Assembly: GCA_963764715.1 (NCBI GenBank)
Contig: CAVXTP010000021.1
Location: 128,001-192,000 of the forward strand
From: an uncultured Acidobacteriota bacterium
GTDB lineage: Bacteria > Acidobacteriota > Thermoanaerobaculia > UBA5066 > Gp7-AA6
Direction of reading: 5' to 3'
Length of the DNA stretch: 64,000 nt
A program made the position numbers and the translations under genes. The notes under the pieces are model-generated. The model did no database searches. It was not told the DNA's origin and saw only the letters and a program-made list of their open reading frames with translations. Every line of letters starts with the position of its first letter. Position 1 is the stretch's first letter. Shown piece after piece: positions 1-8,716 of the stretch.

Positions 1-700
1 GCGAGCCGTCGACGCAGCGCCGCTGGAGCTCGCGGAGCATCGCCGTCTTCAGGCCCGAGAACGAGAAGTCCCGGGACCCCTCGACGCGGCCGACCGGGAA
101 CGGAAAGCGGTCGCCCTTCCCGCGGGCGGCGACGCGGTCGACGACGGGGCCGCCGGGATAGCCGAGCCCCGCGCGGCGGGCGATCTTGTCGAAGGCCTCG
201 CCCGGCGCGTCGTCGCGCGTGCGCGCCAGCGGAACGATGCGGTCGGGCTCCACGCGGACGAGCTCGGCGTGCCCGCCCGAGACGACGAGCCCGTGGAACG
301 GGAAGTCGATCGGGAGCGGCCGCTCGCCCTTCGGGCGCAGGAACGCCGAAAAGAGATGCCCCTCGAGATGGTTGACGCCGACGAGCGGGATGCCGCGCGC
401 GAAGGCGAGCGCCCGGGCGGCCGAGAGCCCGACGAGGAGGGCCCCGATGAGCCCCGGCCCCGCGGTCGCGGCCACGAGGCCGACGTCTTCGAGCTTCACG
501 CCGGCGCGGGCGAGGGCGTCCTCGAGGGCCGCCGGCAGATTCTCGAGGTGCGCGCGCGCGGCGACCTCGGGCACGACGCCCCCGTAGAGCGCGTGCGCCG
601 CCATCTGCGACGAAACGACGTTCGAGAGGACCCGCCCCTCGCCGTCGAGGACGGCGACGGAGGTCTCGTCGCAGGAGGTTTCGACGCCGAGGACGATCAC
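1..700 (-). CDS. tsaD: tRNA N6-adenosine threonylcarbamoyltransferase TsaD (5' part; runs off the window)
   Basis: Manual translation from GTG at 700: (M)IVLGVETSCDETSVAV...YGGVVPEVAARAH...GPGLIG...HLEGH...VSGGH...DDAPGEAFDK...GYPGGP...FSFSGLKT. Missing from the ORF track because it is truncated. Confidence 0.95.
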   Translation of the reverse strand, partial: MIVLGVETSCDETSVAVLDGEGRVLSNVVSSQMAAHALYGGVVPEVAARAHLENLPAALEDALARAGVKLEDVGLVAATAGPGLIGALLVGLSAARALAFARGIPLVGVNHLEGHLFSAFLRPKGERPLPIDFPFHGLVVSGGHAELVRVEPDRIVPLARTRDDAPGEAFDKIARRAGLGYPGGPVVDRVAARGKGDRFPFPVGRVEGSRDFSFSGLKTAMLRELQRRCVDGS

Positions 701-1116
701 GGAAGGACCGTGAACCCTTCGCGCCGTGCGCAGTCGCGCAGGCGGTCGTCGAGGCAGACGAAGGGGAGCGACTCCGGGCGATCGTCCGAGGCGATCAGGG
801 CCGCCCCGAGCTGCAGAGCGTCGGCGGCGCGCAGCGCATGCGTCCGTACGAGGCGCAGGGCACGGGCCCGGACCTGGTCGAAGGCCGTTACGGCGCGCCA
901 CTTCCCGACGAGCTTGGCGATGTCCACCCGCGCGGCCTCGAGGGGCTTCTCGCCGAGACCTTCTCGCTCGCGCCGGGCCAGAGCGGATGCGATCTCGACC
1001 TCCGTCAAGGACCAGACCGTTTGCTCCGGGTCCTCCTCGCGCATCGCTCGCAGAACCGGAGTGCGTGCCTCCTCGATGACGAGAGACACGATCGCGGAGC
1101 TGTCCCAGTACTTCAT
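697..1116 (-). CDS. vapC: Type II TA toxin, VapC/PIN domain
   Basis: YWDSSA (first acidic residue), EIASAL, LRAADALQL, CLDDRL: PIN pattern. Overlaps the antitoxin by 4 bp. Confidence 0.88.
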   Translation of the reverse strand: MKYWDSSAIVSLVIEEARTPVLRAMREEDPEQTVWSLTEVEIASALARREREGLGEKPLEAARVDIAKLVGKWRAVTAFDQVRARALRLVRTHALRAADALQLGAALIASDDRPESLPFVCLDDRLRDCARREGFTVLP

Positions 1117-1403
1117 CGGCCGGTGCGGCGTTCCTCGAGCAGCGCCTCGAGGATCGAAAACTTCGGATCGATCTTGATCGGCGGCCCGAGGACGATGGGG
1201 CCGGCATTGCGCGGCGGGGACAGGATGCCGCGGCGCTCCGCGTCGCGCACCCAGTCGGGAATCCGGTCGTCCGCCGGCGCGATGGGCTCGATGCGCGCGA
1301 TCGGCGTATCGCGGTCGTAGACGATGACCGTCTCACCCTTTCGGACCCGCGCGAGATACTCCGAGAGCCCGTCCCGGAGCTCTGAAATTCTGGCGTTCTT
1401 CAT
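1113..1403 (-). CDS. Type II TA antitoxin, Phd/YefM family
   Basis: ISELRDGLSEYLARVRKGETVIVYDRDTPIARIEP is a Phd/YefM N-terminal pattern; directly upstream of vapC. Confidence 0.88.
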   Translation of the reverse strand: MKNARISELRDGLSEYLARVRKGETVIVYDRDTPIARIEPIAPADDRIPDWVRDAERRGILSPPRNAGPIVLGPPIKIDPKFSILEALLEERRTGR

Positions 1404-1409
1404 GACGCC

Positions 1410-1415
1410 ATTATA
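1410..1415 (-). promoter_or_regulatory. -10 box (TATAAT) 6 nt upstream of the antitoxin ATG; probable leaderless promoter
   Basis: Minus strand reads ggcTATAATggcgtcATG with no SD. Confidence 0.6.
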
Positions 1416-1427
1416 GCCAGATTGGAT

Positions 1428-1484
1428 CAGTAAGCGGTAAGCAGTAAGCCGAGCGGAGTCAATTGCCCGCTTACTGCTTACTGC
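1428..1484. repeat. Heptamer inverted repeat (CAGTAAG)n...(CTTACTG)n, copy 1
   Basis: cagtaag cggtaag cagtaag c ... g cttactg cttactg c; contains the mtnA stop codon. Confidence 0.85.
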
Positions 1485-2523
1485 CTCCTACAGCCTCCCG
1501 GAGGCTCTCGCCGTACGGCGGCCGGCAGACCCCGCGGTCCGTCACGATCGCCGTCACGTACCTGGCCGGCGTGACGTCGAAGGCCACGTGGCGGGCGGAG
1601 ACGCCGGCCGGAGCGATCGACTGGCCGGCGAAGGACAGGACCTCGGCGGCGGCGCGCTCCTCGATCGGGATCGCGGACCCGTCGGGGCAGCCGAGGTCGA
1701 CCGTCGTGGTCGGCGCGGCCACGTAGAACGGGACGCCGTTCTCGCGGGCGAGCACCGCGAGGGTGTACGTGCCGATCTTGTTCGCGACGTCGCCGTTCGA
1801 CGCGATGCGGTCGGCGCCGACGACGACCGCCTCGATCTCGCCGCGCGCGAGGAAGTGGCCGGCCATGCTGTCGGTCATCAGCTCGACCGGGATCGCGTCG
1901 CGCGACAGCTCCCAGGCCGTCAGGCGCGCGCCCTGGAGGAACGGACGCGTCTCGCAAGCGAGCACGCGGATGGGCTTGCCGGCCTCGACCGCTCCCCGGA
2001 TCATGCCGAGCGCCGTTCCGTATCCGGCCGTGGCGAGGGCCCCGGCGTTGCAGTGCGTCAGGACGGCCCGGCGCCCCGTCAGGAGCTCCTGCCCGTAGCG
2101 CCCGATGCGAAGGCAGGCCGCGATGTCCTCGGCCGCGATGGCGTCGGCCTCCGCCGTCAACGCCTCCTCGATCGCCTCGGGCGGCCGGTCGGCGACCGTC
2201 GCGAAGGCGCGCTCCATCCGCTCGAGGGCCGCGAAGAGGTTGACGGCGGTGGGCCGGGTCGACGCGAGCAGACGCGCGGCGGTGCGGAAGCGCTCGGCGG
2301 GAGGCGTCGTGGTCCCGCTCCGCATCGCGAACGCCGCGCCGTAGCCGGCGGCCACGCCGATCGCCGGAGCGCCGCGCACCGCCATGTCCCGGATCGCCAG
2401 GGCGATCTCCGGCGCCGTCTCGAGCGAGAGCCAGACCTCGGCGCCGGGCAGGAGGCGCTGGTCGAGGAGGGCGAGCCGGCGACCGTCGCGATAGAGGGGC
2501 CGCAGGATTTCGTCCGGCTTCAC
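1471..2523 (-). CDS. mtnA: S-methyl-5-thioribose-1-phosphate isomerase
   Basis: LLDQRLLP, VRGAPAIG, RPTAVNL, LTHCNAGALAT, ETRPFLQG, VGADR, NKIGTY, FDVTP. GTG start at 2523 overlaps the ggt stop. Confidence 0.95.
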   Translation of the reverse strand: MKPDEILRPLYRDGRRLALLDQRLLPGAEVWLSLETAPEIALAIRDMAVRGAPAIGVAAGYGAAFAMRSGTTTPPAERFRTAARLLASTRPTAVNLFAALERMERAFATVADRPPEAIEEALTAEADAIAAEDIAACLRIGRYGQELLTGRRAVLTHCNAGALATAGYGTALGMIRGAVEAGKPIRVLACETRPFLQGARLTAWELSRDAIPVELMTDSMAGHFLARGEIEAVVVGADRIASNGDVANKIGTYTLAVLARENGVPFYVAAPTTTVDLGCPDGSAIPIEERAAAEVLSFAGQSIAPAGVSARHVAFDVTPARYVTAIVTDRGVCRPPYGESLREAVGGSKQ

Positions 2524-4208
2524 CTCGTCTCCCGGACGACGAGCGCCGCGCCGGAACCTCGCGGATCGGCGACGGGGTTGAGCGTGCCGTCCGGCTCGAC
2601 GGCGATGGCGTGGACGCTCCCGATGCGGCCCCGCTCCGTGATCTGGTGTCCCATCGCCCGGAGCGCGTCGATCCACGCGGCGTCGAACCGGCCGCGCTCG
2701 ATCTGGATCGCGTCGGGCCGGTCCTGCTGGTGGAAGCGCGGCGCCGCGACGGCCTCCTCGAGGCCCTGGCGGCGGAGCACGCGGTTGAGGAGGACCTGAA
2801 GGTTCGTCGTCGGGATCGTCGAGCCGCCCGGCGTTCCCCACACGAGCACGACCTTGCCTCCGGCGGCCGCGATCGAGGGGCACATGGCCGAGAGCATGCG
2901 CTTGCCCGGGCCGACGGCGTTCGACTCGCCCTGGATCAACCCGTACATGTTGGGCTCGCCCGGGCGCGTCGCGAAGTCGTCCATCTCGTTGTTCCACAGA
3001 AAGCCGAGTCCGGGGGCCACGCGCGCGTTGCCGAACGAGTCGTTGAGCGTCGTCGTCACGGAAACGGCCATCCCGTCGTCGTCGATGACCGAGAAGTGCG
3101 TGGTCGTCGGCTTCTCGCCCGGGAGCGGCGGCAGCTCCGCGATCGGCGTGGCGCGGTCGGGCTTGATCGTGGCGACGAGGGCCTGGAGCCGCGTCGGATC
3201 GGTGAAGAGCTTCGGATCGAAGGTGGCGAACGCCGGATCGCCCATCCAGCGGTTCCGGTCGCGGAAGGCGCGCTTCTCGATCTCGGCGAGCCAGTGGGCC
3301 GATTCGGGCCCGGCCGGCCGGATGCGCTCGGCGCCCGCGATCTCCGCCATGAGAGCCATCTCCGCGAGAACGGGCCCCGAGGACGGGGCCGGCGGAGTCA
3401 CGACCTCGAGACCCTGGAAACGGAAGCGCACGGGCTTGCGCGACCTGGCTTCGTAGCGCGCGAGGTCGCCGCGCGTGATGATTCCTCCGGCGCGCTTCTG
3501 CCCGTCCTCGATCGCCCGGGCCACCCGGCCGCGATAGAAGCCGTCCTCGCCGCGGTCGCGGATCGCCTCGAGCGTGCGCGCCAGGTCCGGCTGGCGGAAG
3601 AGGACGCCCGGAGCGGGCGGCGCGCCCCCCGGCAGGAAGATACGCGCGGTCGGGACGTCCGCCGCGAGCCGCTTCTGCTCGTCGGCGATCGACTCGGAGA
3701 TCGCGGCGGTCATGACGAAGCCGTCGCGGGCGAGCTTGACGGCGGGGTCGACGACCGTCTTCCACGGCAGCCGGCCGGCCCGTCGATGCGCGAGGGCGAG
3801 ACCCGCGACCGAGCCGGGGACCCCGGAGGCGAGCGGGCCCTCGAGCGAAGAGGGCGGCGCCTTGCCGGCGCGCGGCGCGGTGTAGAGGTCGCGGCGGGCG
3901 GCGCGGGGCGCCATCTCGCGGAAGTCGAGCGTCAGCACCTTGCCGGCCGCGTCCCGCGACGTCCAGAAGCCGCCGCCCCCGATGTTTCCGGCCTCGGGCC
4001 AGGTCACGGCGAGGGCGAAAGCGACCGCGACCGCAGCGTCGGCCGCGTTGCCGCCCCCTTCGAGGATGGCGATGCCGACCCGCGCGGCGTTCTCCTCGGC
4101 CGCGGCCACGGCGCCCCCCGCGCCCCGCGCCGACCGGGGGGCCGGAGCGGCGGCGGCGACGGCCGCCCACAGAACGAGGGCCAGCGCGGCGGTGAGGCGT
4201 CTTTTCAC
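2520..4208 (-). CDS. ggt: Gamma-glutamyltransferase, secreted
   Basis: Signal peptide; GGNAADAA, GNIGGGGF, DFREMAP, TTHFS (autocleavage Thr), NNEMDDF, GTPGGSTI, ADPR. Confidence 0.95.
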   Translation of the reverse strand: MKRRLTAALALVLWAAVAAAAPAPRSARGAGGAVAAAEENAARVGIAILEGGGNAADAAVAVAFALAVTWPEAGNIGGGGFWTSRDAAGKVLTLDFREMAPRAARRDLYTAPRAGKAPPSSLEGPLASGVPGSVAGLALAHRRAGRLPWKTVVDPAVKLARDGFVMTAAISESIADEQKRLAADVPTARIFLPGGAPPAPGVLFRQPDLARTLEAIRDRGEDGFYRGRVARAIEDGQKRAGGIITRGDLARYEARSRKPVRFRFQGLEVVTPPAPSSGPVLAEMALMAEIAGAERIRPAGPESAHWLAEIEKRAFRDRNRWMGDPAFATFDPKLFTDPTRLQALVATIKPDRATPIAELPPLPGEKPTTTHFSVIDDDGMAVSVTTTLNDSFGNARVAPGLGFLWNNEMDDFATRPGEPNMYGLIQGESNAVGPGKRMLSAMCPSIAAAGGKVVLVWGTPGGSTIPTTNLQVLLNRVLRRQGLEEAVAAPRFHQQDRPDAIQIERGRFDAAWIDALRAMGHQITERGRIGSVHAIAVEPDGTLNPVADPRGSGAALVVRETR

Positions 4209-4213
4209 TGCGC

Positions 4214-4220
4214 TATTCTA
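4214..4220. promoter_or_regulatory. Overlapping bidirectional -10 boxes (TATTCT on +, TAGAAT on -) between ggt and pgk
   Basis: 20-bp intergenic region; the boxes lie 9 nt before the pgk ATG and 6 nt before the ggt GTG. Confidence 0.55.
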
Positions 4221-4228
4221 CCGGCCCG

Positions 4229-5398
4229 ATGAAGTCCATCCGGGATCTCCCCCTGCGGGGCCGCAAGCTCTTCCTGCGCGTCGATTTCAACGTTCCGCTC
4301 GAGGACGGCCGGGTCTCCGACGACACCCGCATCGTCGAGACGCTTCCGACCGTGCGCCTGGCCCGGGAAAGCGGCGCCCGCGTCATCTGCGCCTCGCACC
4401 TCGGCAAGCCCAAGGGCAAGCGCAGACCCGAGCTCTCGCTCGCGCCGGTCGCGGTGCGGTTCGCCGAGAAGCTGGGAGCCCCGGTGCGGTTCGTCGAGGA
4501 CTGCATCGGCCCCGAGGCCGCGCGCGCGGCCGACGCGCTCGGCGACGGCGAGGTCCTGCTCCTCGAGAACCTCCGGTTCCACGCCGGCGAGGAGGCGAAC
4601 GACCCCGAGTTTGCGAAGGCGCTCGCCGCCCTCGCGGATGTGTACGTCGATGACGCCTTCGGCGCGGCGCACCGCGCGCACGCATCGGTCGTGGGCGTGC
4701 CGAAGCTCATGACGGAGAAGGGCGCCGGGCTTCTCCTCGAGAAGGAGGTCCGCGAGCTGTCGCGCCTGCTCGAACCAGAACGGCCCTTCGCCGCGATCCT
4801 CGGCGGCGCAAAGATCTCCGGCAAGATCGACACGCTGCGCGTCCTGTCGCGGCGGGCGGACGTGCTGCTCGTCGGCGGGGGCATGGCCAACCACTTCGTC
4901 CGGGCGATCGGCCTGCCGGTCGGCCGCTCGCTCCTCGAGGAGGACAAGGTGGCGCTGGCGCGCGAGATCCTCGACTACTGCAAGGAGGCCGGGAAGACCA
5001 TCGCCCTGCCCTCGGACTTCGTCGTCGCGAAGTCGCCGGACGACGGCGCCGGCGCGCGGACGGTGTCGATCAACAGGATCCCCGAGGACGCGATGGCCCT
5101 CGACGTCGGGCCGAAGACGCTGGAACAGTTCGCGCGGCTCCTCGCGCCGGCGAAGACGATCTTCTGGAACGGGCCGATGGGCGTCTTCGAGAAGCCGCCC
5201 TTCGACCGGGGCACGCGCGCGCTCGCGATGCTCGTCGCGGACTCGAAGGCGGTGACCGTCGTGGGCGGAGGCGAGAGCGTGCAGGCCGCGCACGAGGCCG
5301 GCGTGGCCGACCGGTTCACGCACGTCTCGACCGGCGGCGGCGCGTCGCTCGAGTTCCTGGCGGAAGGAAAGCTTCCGGGCATCGAAGCGTTGAGCTGA
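4229..5398 (+). CDS. pgk: Phosphoglycerate kinase
   Basis: RVDFNVP, SHLGKP, LLENLRF, DAFGAAHRAHAS, GGAKISGKI, WNGPMGVFE, HVSTGGGASLE. Confidence 0.98.
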   Translation: MKSIRDLPLRGRKLFLRVDFNVPLEDGRVSDDTRIVETLPTVRLARESGARVICASHLGKPKGKRRPELSLAPVAVRFAEKLGAPVRFVEDCIGPEAARAADALGDGEVLLLENLRFHAGEEANDPEFAKALAALADVYVDDAFGAAHRAHASVVGVPKLMTEKGAGLLLEKEVRELSRLLEPERPFAAILGGAKISGKIDTLRVLSRRADVLLVGGGMANHFVRAIGLPVGRSLLEEDKVALAREILDYCKEAGKTIALPSDFVVAKSPDDGAGARTVSINRIPEDAMALDVGPKTLEQFARLLAPAKTIFWNGPMGVFEKPPFDRGTRALAMLVADSKAVTVVGGGESVQAAHEAGVADRFTHVSTGGGASLEFLAEGKLPGIEALS

Positions 5399-5409
5399 GG
5401 GACGGGCCC

Positions 5410-6123
5410 ATGAAGCTCGTCGTCGCCAACTGGAAGATGCACAAGACGCGCGCGGAGGCCGCCGCCTATGCGCGGGAGCTCTCCGCGGCCGTCGGCGACG
5501 GAATCGCGGGACGGGAGCTCGTCCTTTCCCCGTCCTTCACGGCCCTCGCGGAGGCGCGCGACGAGCGCGGTCGCTGGTCGATCGCCTGCCAGAACGTGGC
5601 GGCCGAGGCCGAGGGCGCGTACACGGGCGAGGTCTCGGCGCGTCAGGCGCGCGAGGCCGGCTGCGCCTACGCCATCATCGGGCACTCCGAGCGGCGGCGT
5701 CTCTTCGGCGAAGACGGCGAAGTCCTCGCCCGCAAGCTCGCCCGCTGCCGCGAGGCCGGCCTGACCCCCATCTACTGCCTCGGGGAGACGCTCGAGGAGC
5801 GCGACCGCGGCGAGACGGAGGCGGTCCTCGAGCGCCAGGTCCGGACGCTCTCCGAGCACCCCCCGGCCCGGCCGCTCGTCGTGGCCTACGAACCCGTCTG
5901 GGCGATCGGCACGGGCCGCGCCGCCGAGCCCCCGGATTGCCGTTCGGCCTGTCTCGAGCTGCGGCGCCTGCTCGCCGGCCGGAGCGCCCTGCGGGTGCTC
6001 TACGGAGGCTCCGTGACTCCCGAAAACGCCGGCGCCCTCGCGGCCGAGCCTTCCGTCGACGGCTTCCTCGTCGGGGGGGCGAGCCTGTCCGCGGCCGCGT
6101 TCGCGGCGATCGCGCGCGCTTGA
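5410..6123 (+). CDS. tpiA: Triosephosphate isomerase
   Basis: ANWKM, GAYTGEVS, IGHSERR, AYEPVWAIGTG, LYGGSV, LVGGASL. Confidence 0.97.
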   Translation: MKLVVANWKMHKTRAEAAAYARELSAAVGDGIAGRELVLSPSFTALAEARDERGRWSIACQNVAAEAEGAYTGEVSARQAREAGCAYAIIGHSERRRLFGEDGEVLARKLARCREAGLTPIYCLGETLEERDRGETEAVLERQVRTLSEHPPARPLVVAYEPVWAIGTGRAAEPPDCRSACLELRRLLAGRSALRVLYGGSVTPENAGALAAEPSVDGFLVGGASLSAAAFAAIARA

Positions 6124-6172
6124 CGCCCCCCCTTCCGCCACGTAAACTTCCCGCCCTTTTCGTGGAGGCCCC

Positions 6173-6553
6173 TTGCTGTACGCCGCCCTGGTCGTCATCT
6201 ACGTCGTCATCTGCTTCTTTCTGATCCTCGTCGTCCTGCTGCAGCAGGGCAAGGGCGCGGACATCGCCGGCGCTTTCGGCGGCGGCGGCAGCCAGACGGC
6301 TTTCGGCGCCCGGGGCGCGACCACGTTCCTGCACAAGCTGACGACCGGAGCCTTCGTGGGCTTCGTCCTGCTTTCGGTGCTGCTCTCGATCATGGAAGCG
6401 AGGCCGCGCAAGTCGGTCATTCAGACCCTTCCGGCGGCGGCGGCCCCCAAGGCGCCCGCCCCGGCGCCCGCGGCTCCGGCCGGCGCTCCCGACTCGGCCG
6501 CGCCGAAGCCCGCGGGTGATCAGCCCGCGACGCAGAGCCCCGCGAAGCCGTAA
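6173..6553 (+). CDS. secG: Preprotein translocase subunit SecG
   Basis: [28 protein letters not shown], two TM segments; tpiA-secG-tRNA-Leu synteny; GGAGG RBS before TTG. Confidence 0.93.
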   Translation: MLYAALVVIYVVICFFLILVVLLQQGKGADIAGAFGGGGSQTAFGARGATTFLHKLTTGAFVGFVLLSVLLSIMEARPRKSVIQTLPAAAAPKAPAPAPAAPAGAPDSAAPKPAGDQPATQSPAKP

Positions 6554-6567
6554 AATCGTCCCCCCGT

Positions 6568-6652
<85 letters not shown>

Positions 6653-6663
6653 TCTTTTAGAAC

Positions 6664-6722
6664 CAGTAAGCAAGCAGTAAGCCGGGCGGATGCCCTCGCG
6701 ACGCTTACTGCTTACCGCTTAC
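6664..6722. repeat. Heptamer inverted repeat, copy 2
   Basis: cagtaag caag cagtaagc ... gcttactg cttaccg cttac; contains the yidD stop codon. Confidence 0.85.
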
Positions 6723-7082
6723 GGACCATGAAGGCACCGGATCTTCTCCACCGACCGCCCACGGATGGCATCGCAGAATCCTCCCCGCGGTCATCAGAAA
6801 CCCCCGAGGACTCCCGTAGCGCAGGATGGCCTCGCGCGCGTACGCGGAGCAGGTCGGCGTGAACCGGCAGCGCGCGAGGCCGCTCGCGGCGAGAGTCGGC
6901 GAGACGGCGCTTCGGTAGACGTCGATCGCCGCAACCGCGGCCCGGACGCTCCACTGCAGCGCGGGCGGCCGAAGCGCGTCCCCGACGGCGAGGCCGAGGC
7001 AGGCCGCGAGGATCGGCGCCGCGAGCGAGGCGCGCGGGCCGGGGCCGGCCCCGGCGACCTCAGCGGCCGGCGCGGCTGGCAT
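6705..7082 (-). CDS. yidD: Membrane protein insertion efficiency factor YidD-like
   Basis: YRSAVSP...CRFTPTCSAYAREAILRYG...GRILRCHPW..GGEDPVP. Confidence 0.85.
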   Translation of the reverse strand: MPAAPAAEVAGAGPGPRASLAAPILAACLGLAVGDALRPPALQWSVRAAVAAIDVYRSAVSPTLAASGLARCRFTPTCSAYAREAILRYGSPRGFLMTAGRILRCHPWAVGGEDPVPSWSVSGKQ

Positions 7083-7404
7083 AGGCGGAGATCCCGGGGA
7101 TGACCAGGCGCGCTCCGCCGAGCGCCTTGACCGTCGCGAGGACGGCGATCATCACGTAGAAGAGCGAAAAGATCGACATCGTCACGACGTAGAGGCAGGA
7201 CAGCGACGGCACCGCGATGCCGACGAGTGTCGCGACGACACCCACGAGCGCGAGGGCTCCGAAGAGCGCGAGTCCGTTGCGGGCGTGCCAGCGGACTTCC
7301 GGGTCGCGCTTTGCGACGAGCAGCGGCAGGAGGCCGAGGAACGCCGCGTAGCAGAGCGCGAGAAGAAAGGGTCGGCGGGGGGAGGAGGGGCCCTCGGCGC
7401 TCAT
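7060..7404 (-). CDS. Small membrane protein (DUF4870-like)
   Basis: LALCY...LLPLL...DPEVRWHARNGL, three hydrophobic segments, ending KALGG.RLVIP. Confidence 0.65.
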   Translation of the reverse strand: MSAEGPSSPRRPFLLALCYAAFLGLLPLLVAKRDPEVRWHARNGLALFGALALVGVVATLVGIAVPSLSCLYVVTMSIFSLFYVMIAVLATVKALGGARLVIPGISAYASRAGR

Positions 7405-7438
7405 CCGGGGCCGAGGATACAGCGGATGGGGCCGGACG

Positions 7439-8197
7439 TTACTGGGTGCGGAGGCGGATCGTGCCGTTGACGGTTTCGCAGTGGAGCACTTCGCCGCCGC
7501 CGTTCAGCTTGCCCCGGGCCTCCTTGGGGCCGAACTTGCCCTCGACCGGCAGATCGAAGTCGCCCTCGATGTGGCCGTTGACCGTCTCGAGGTCGTAGCT
7601 GACCGGCGAGGTCTTCGCGAAGGCCACGTCGATCGAGCCGTTGACCGTCTCGATGCGGCTCTTCTTGAGCGGGCCGTTGAAAGCCACGCGCACGGAACCG
7701 TTGACCGTCGAGGCGCTCGTCGGCCCTTCGAGCCCGGCGAGCTCGATTGACCCGTTGACGGCGTCGCCCGAGAGCGTTCCGAGAAATCCGGAGGCGACGA
7801 CCTTGCCGTTGCAGGTCTCGAACCGCACCCCGGCCTTGGCCGGGATCTGCAGGACGTAGTCGACGTGGGCGTTCGATCCGCCGAAGTCGAGGAAGCCGAA
7901 GACGCGGCGGCGCTTGGGGTTGACGGTCTCGACGCGGATCTCGTCGCCGACCTTCTGCACCCGGATCTCGGTCAGGCGCAGCGTCTCCTCCGCGCGCGAT
8001 CCCTCGGCCCGCTTGACCGCGCGGAGCTTGAAGTACGGTTTGTCCCACGCCGTCGCCTCGATGTGGCCGTTGACGTTCTCGACGGAGACCCGGGTGACGC
8101 CTTCCATCGAGTAGGCCTTTTCGAAGACCTCTTCCTGGCCCGCGAGGGCGGGAAGCGCGGCGGCGAGGAAGGCGGCGGCGAGAATGGCTTTACGCAT
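7439..8197 (-). CDS. Secreted DUF4097/adhesin-like beta-strand repeat protein
   Basis: Signal peptide; repeated (E/S)TVNG(S/H/T)I units. Confidence 0.85.
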   Translation of the reverse strand: MRKAILAAAFLAAALPALAGQEEVFEKAYSMEGVTRVSVENVNGHIEATAWDKPYFKLRAVKRAEGSRAEETLRLTEIRVQKVGDEIRVETVNPKRRRVFGFLDFGGSNAHVDYVLQIPAKAGVRFETCNGKVVASGFLGTLSGDAVNGSIELAGLEGPTSASTVNGSVRVAFNGPLKKSRIETVNGSIDVAFAKTSPVSYDLETVNGHIEGDFDLPVEGKFGPKEARGKLNGGGEVLHCETVNGTIRLRTQ

Positions 8198-8217
8198 GGC
8201 TCATCTGGATCTTAACT

Positions 8218-8242
8218 AACGGAAACCGGGACAAAAGGTTCA
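8218..8242 (-). promoter_or_regulatory. Candidate ECF sigma promoter (GAAC-N16-CGTT)
   Basis: Minus strand reads tGAACcttttgtcccggtttcCGTTag, about 20 nt upstream of the DUF4097 start. Confidence 0.45.
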
Positions 8243-8279
8243 TCGTCAGGGCCGGGACGGCAAGCCGCCCCTGCATCTC

Positions 8280-8672
8280 TCATTCTGACCGCAGGATACG
8301 GATTCCCGTATGCCGGTCGGAGCGGCGCGGCGCCGATCCGTCGGAAAGGACCGGCCAGGCGTCATAGAGGTTCCAGAAGGGCAAAAGCAGGGGGAGGTTC
8401 CTCCGGATCGAGCCCCGGACTCCCGGCGGACTCCCGTCGGGGCGGCGGGCCTCGAGTGCCAGCCACCGCCGGGCCCGCCCTCCGCGGCGGTCGCGGAGCA
8501 GGAAGGCGCCCGTCGCACCGGCGGCGCAGGCGGCCCAGATCCAGGGGATCGCCGGCCCGGCCGCCGGAAAGTAGGCCCAGACGACGCCGGTCAGCACGAG
8601 GCCGACCGCATCCGCGACGGCCGCCGCGACGAGAACGTCGAGAAAGAGAGCGAGCAGGCGGGTACGGCGCAT
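8280..8672 (-). CDS. RDD family membrane protein
   Basis: RLLALFLD, LLRD, SIRRNL, RRSDRHTGIRI. Confidence 0.7.
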   Translation of the reverse strand: MRRTRLLALFLDVLVAAAVADAVGLVLTGVVWAYFPAAGPAIPWIWAACAAGATGAFLLRDRRGGRARRWLALEARRPDGSPPGVRGSIRRNLPLLLPFWNLYDAWPVLSDGSAPRRSDRHTGIRILRSE

Positions 8673-8716
8673 ATAGAGTGGGGTGCGGCGGGATTGTGAA
8701 GGGCGGCCACCCGATT

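Noticed and set aside
1471-4170. Apparent long N-terminal extensions or fusions in the ORF track (mtnA 899 aa, bshA 600 aa, bshC 818 aa, aldolase 957 aa, tdh 706 aa, RluA 529 aa)
   Set aside because: The extensions overlap neighbouring real genes in other frames. True starts lie at the stop/start overlaps or RBS-supported codons listed in the features.
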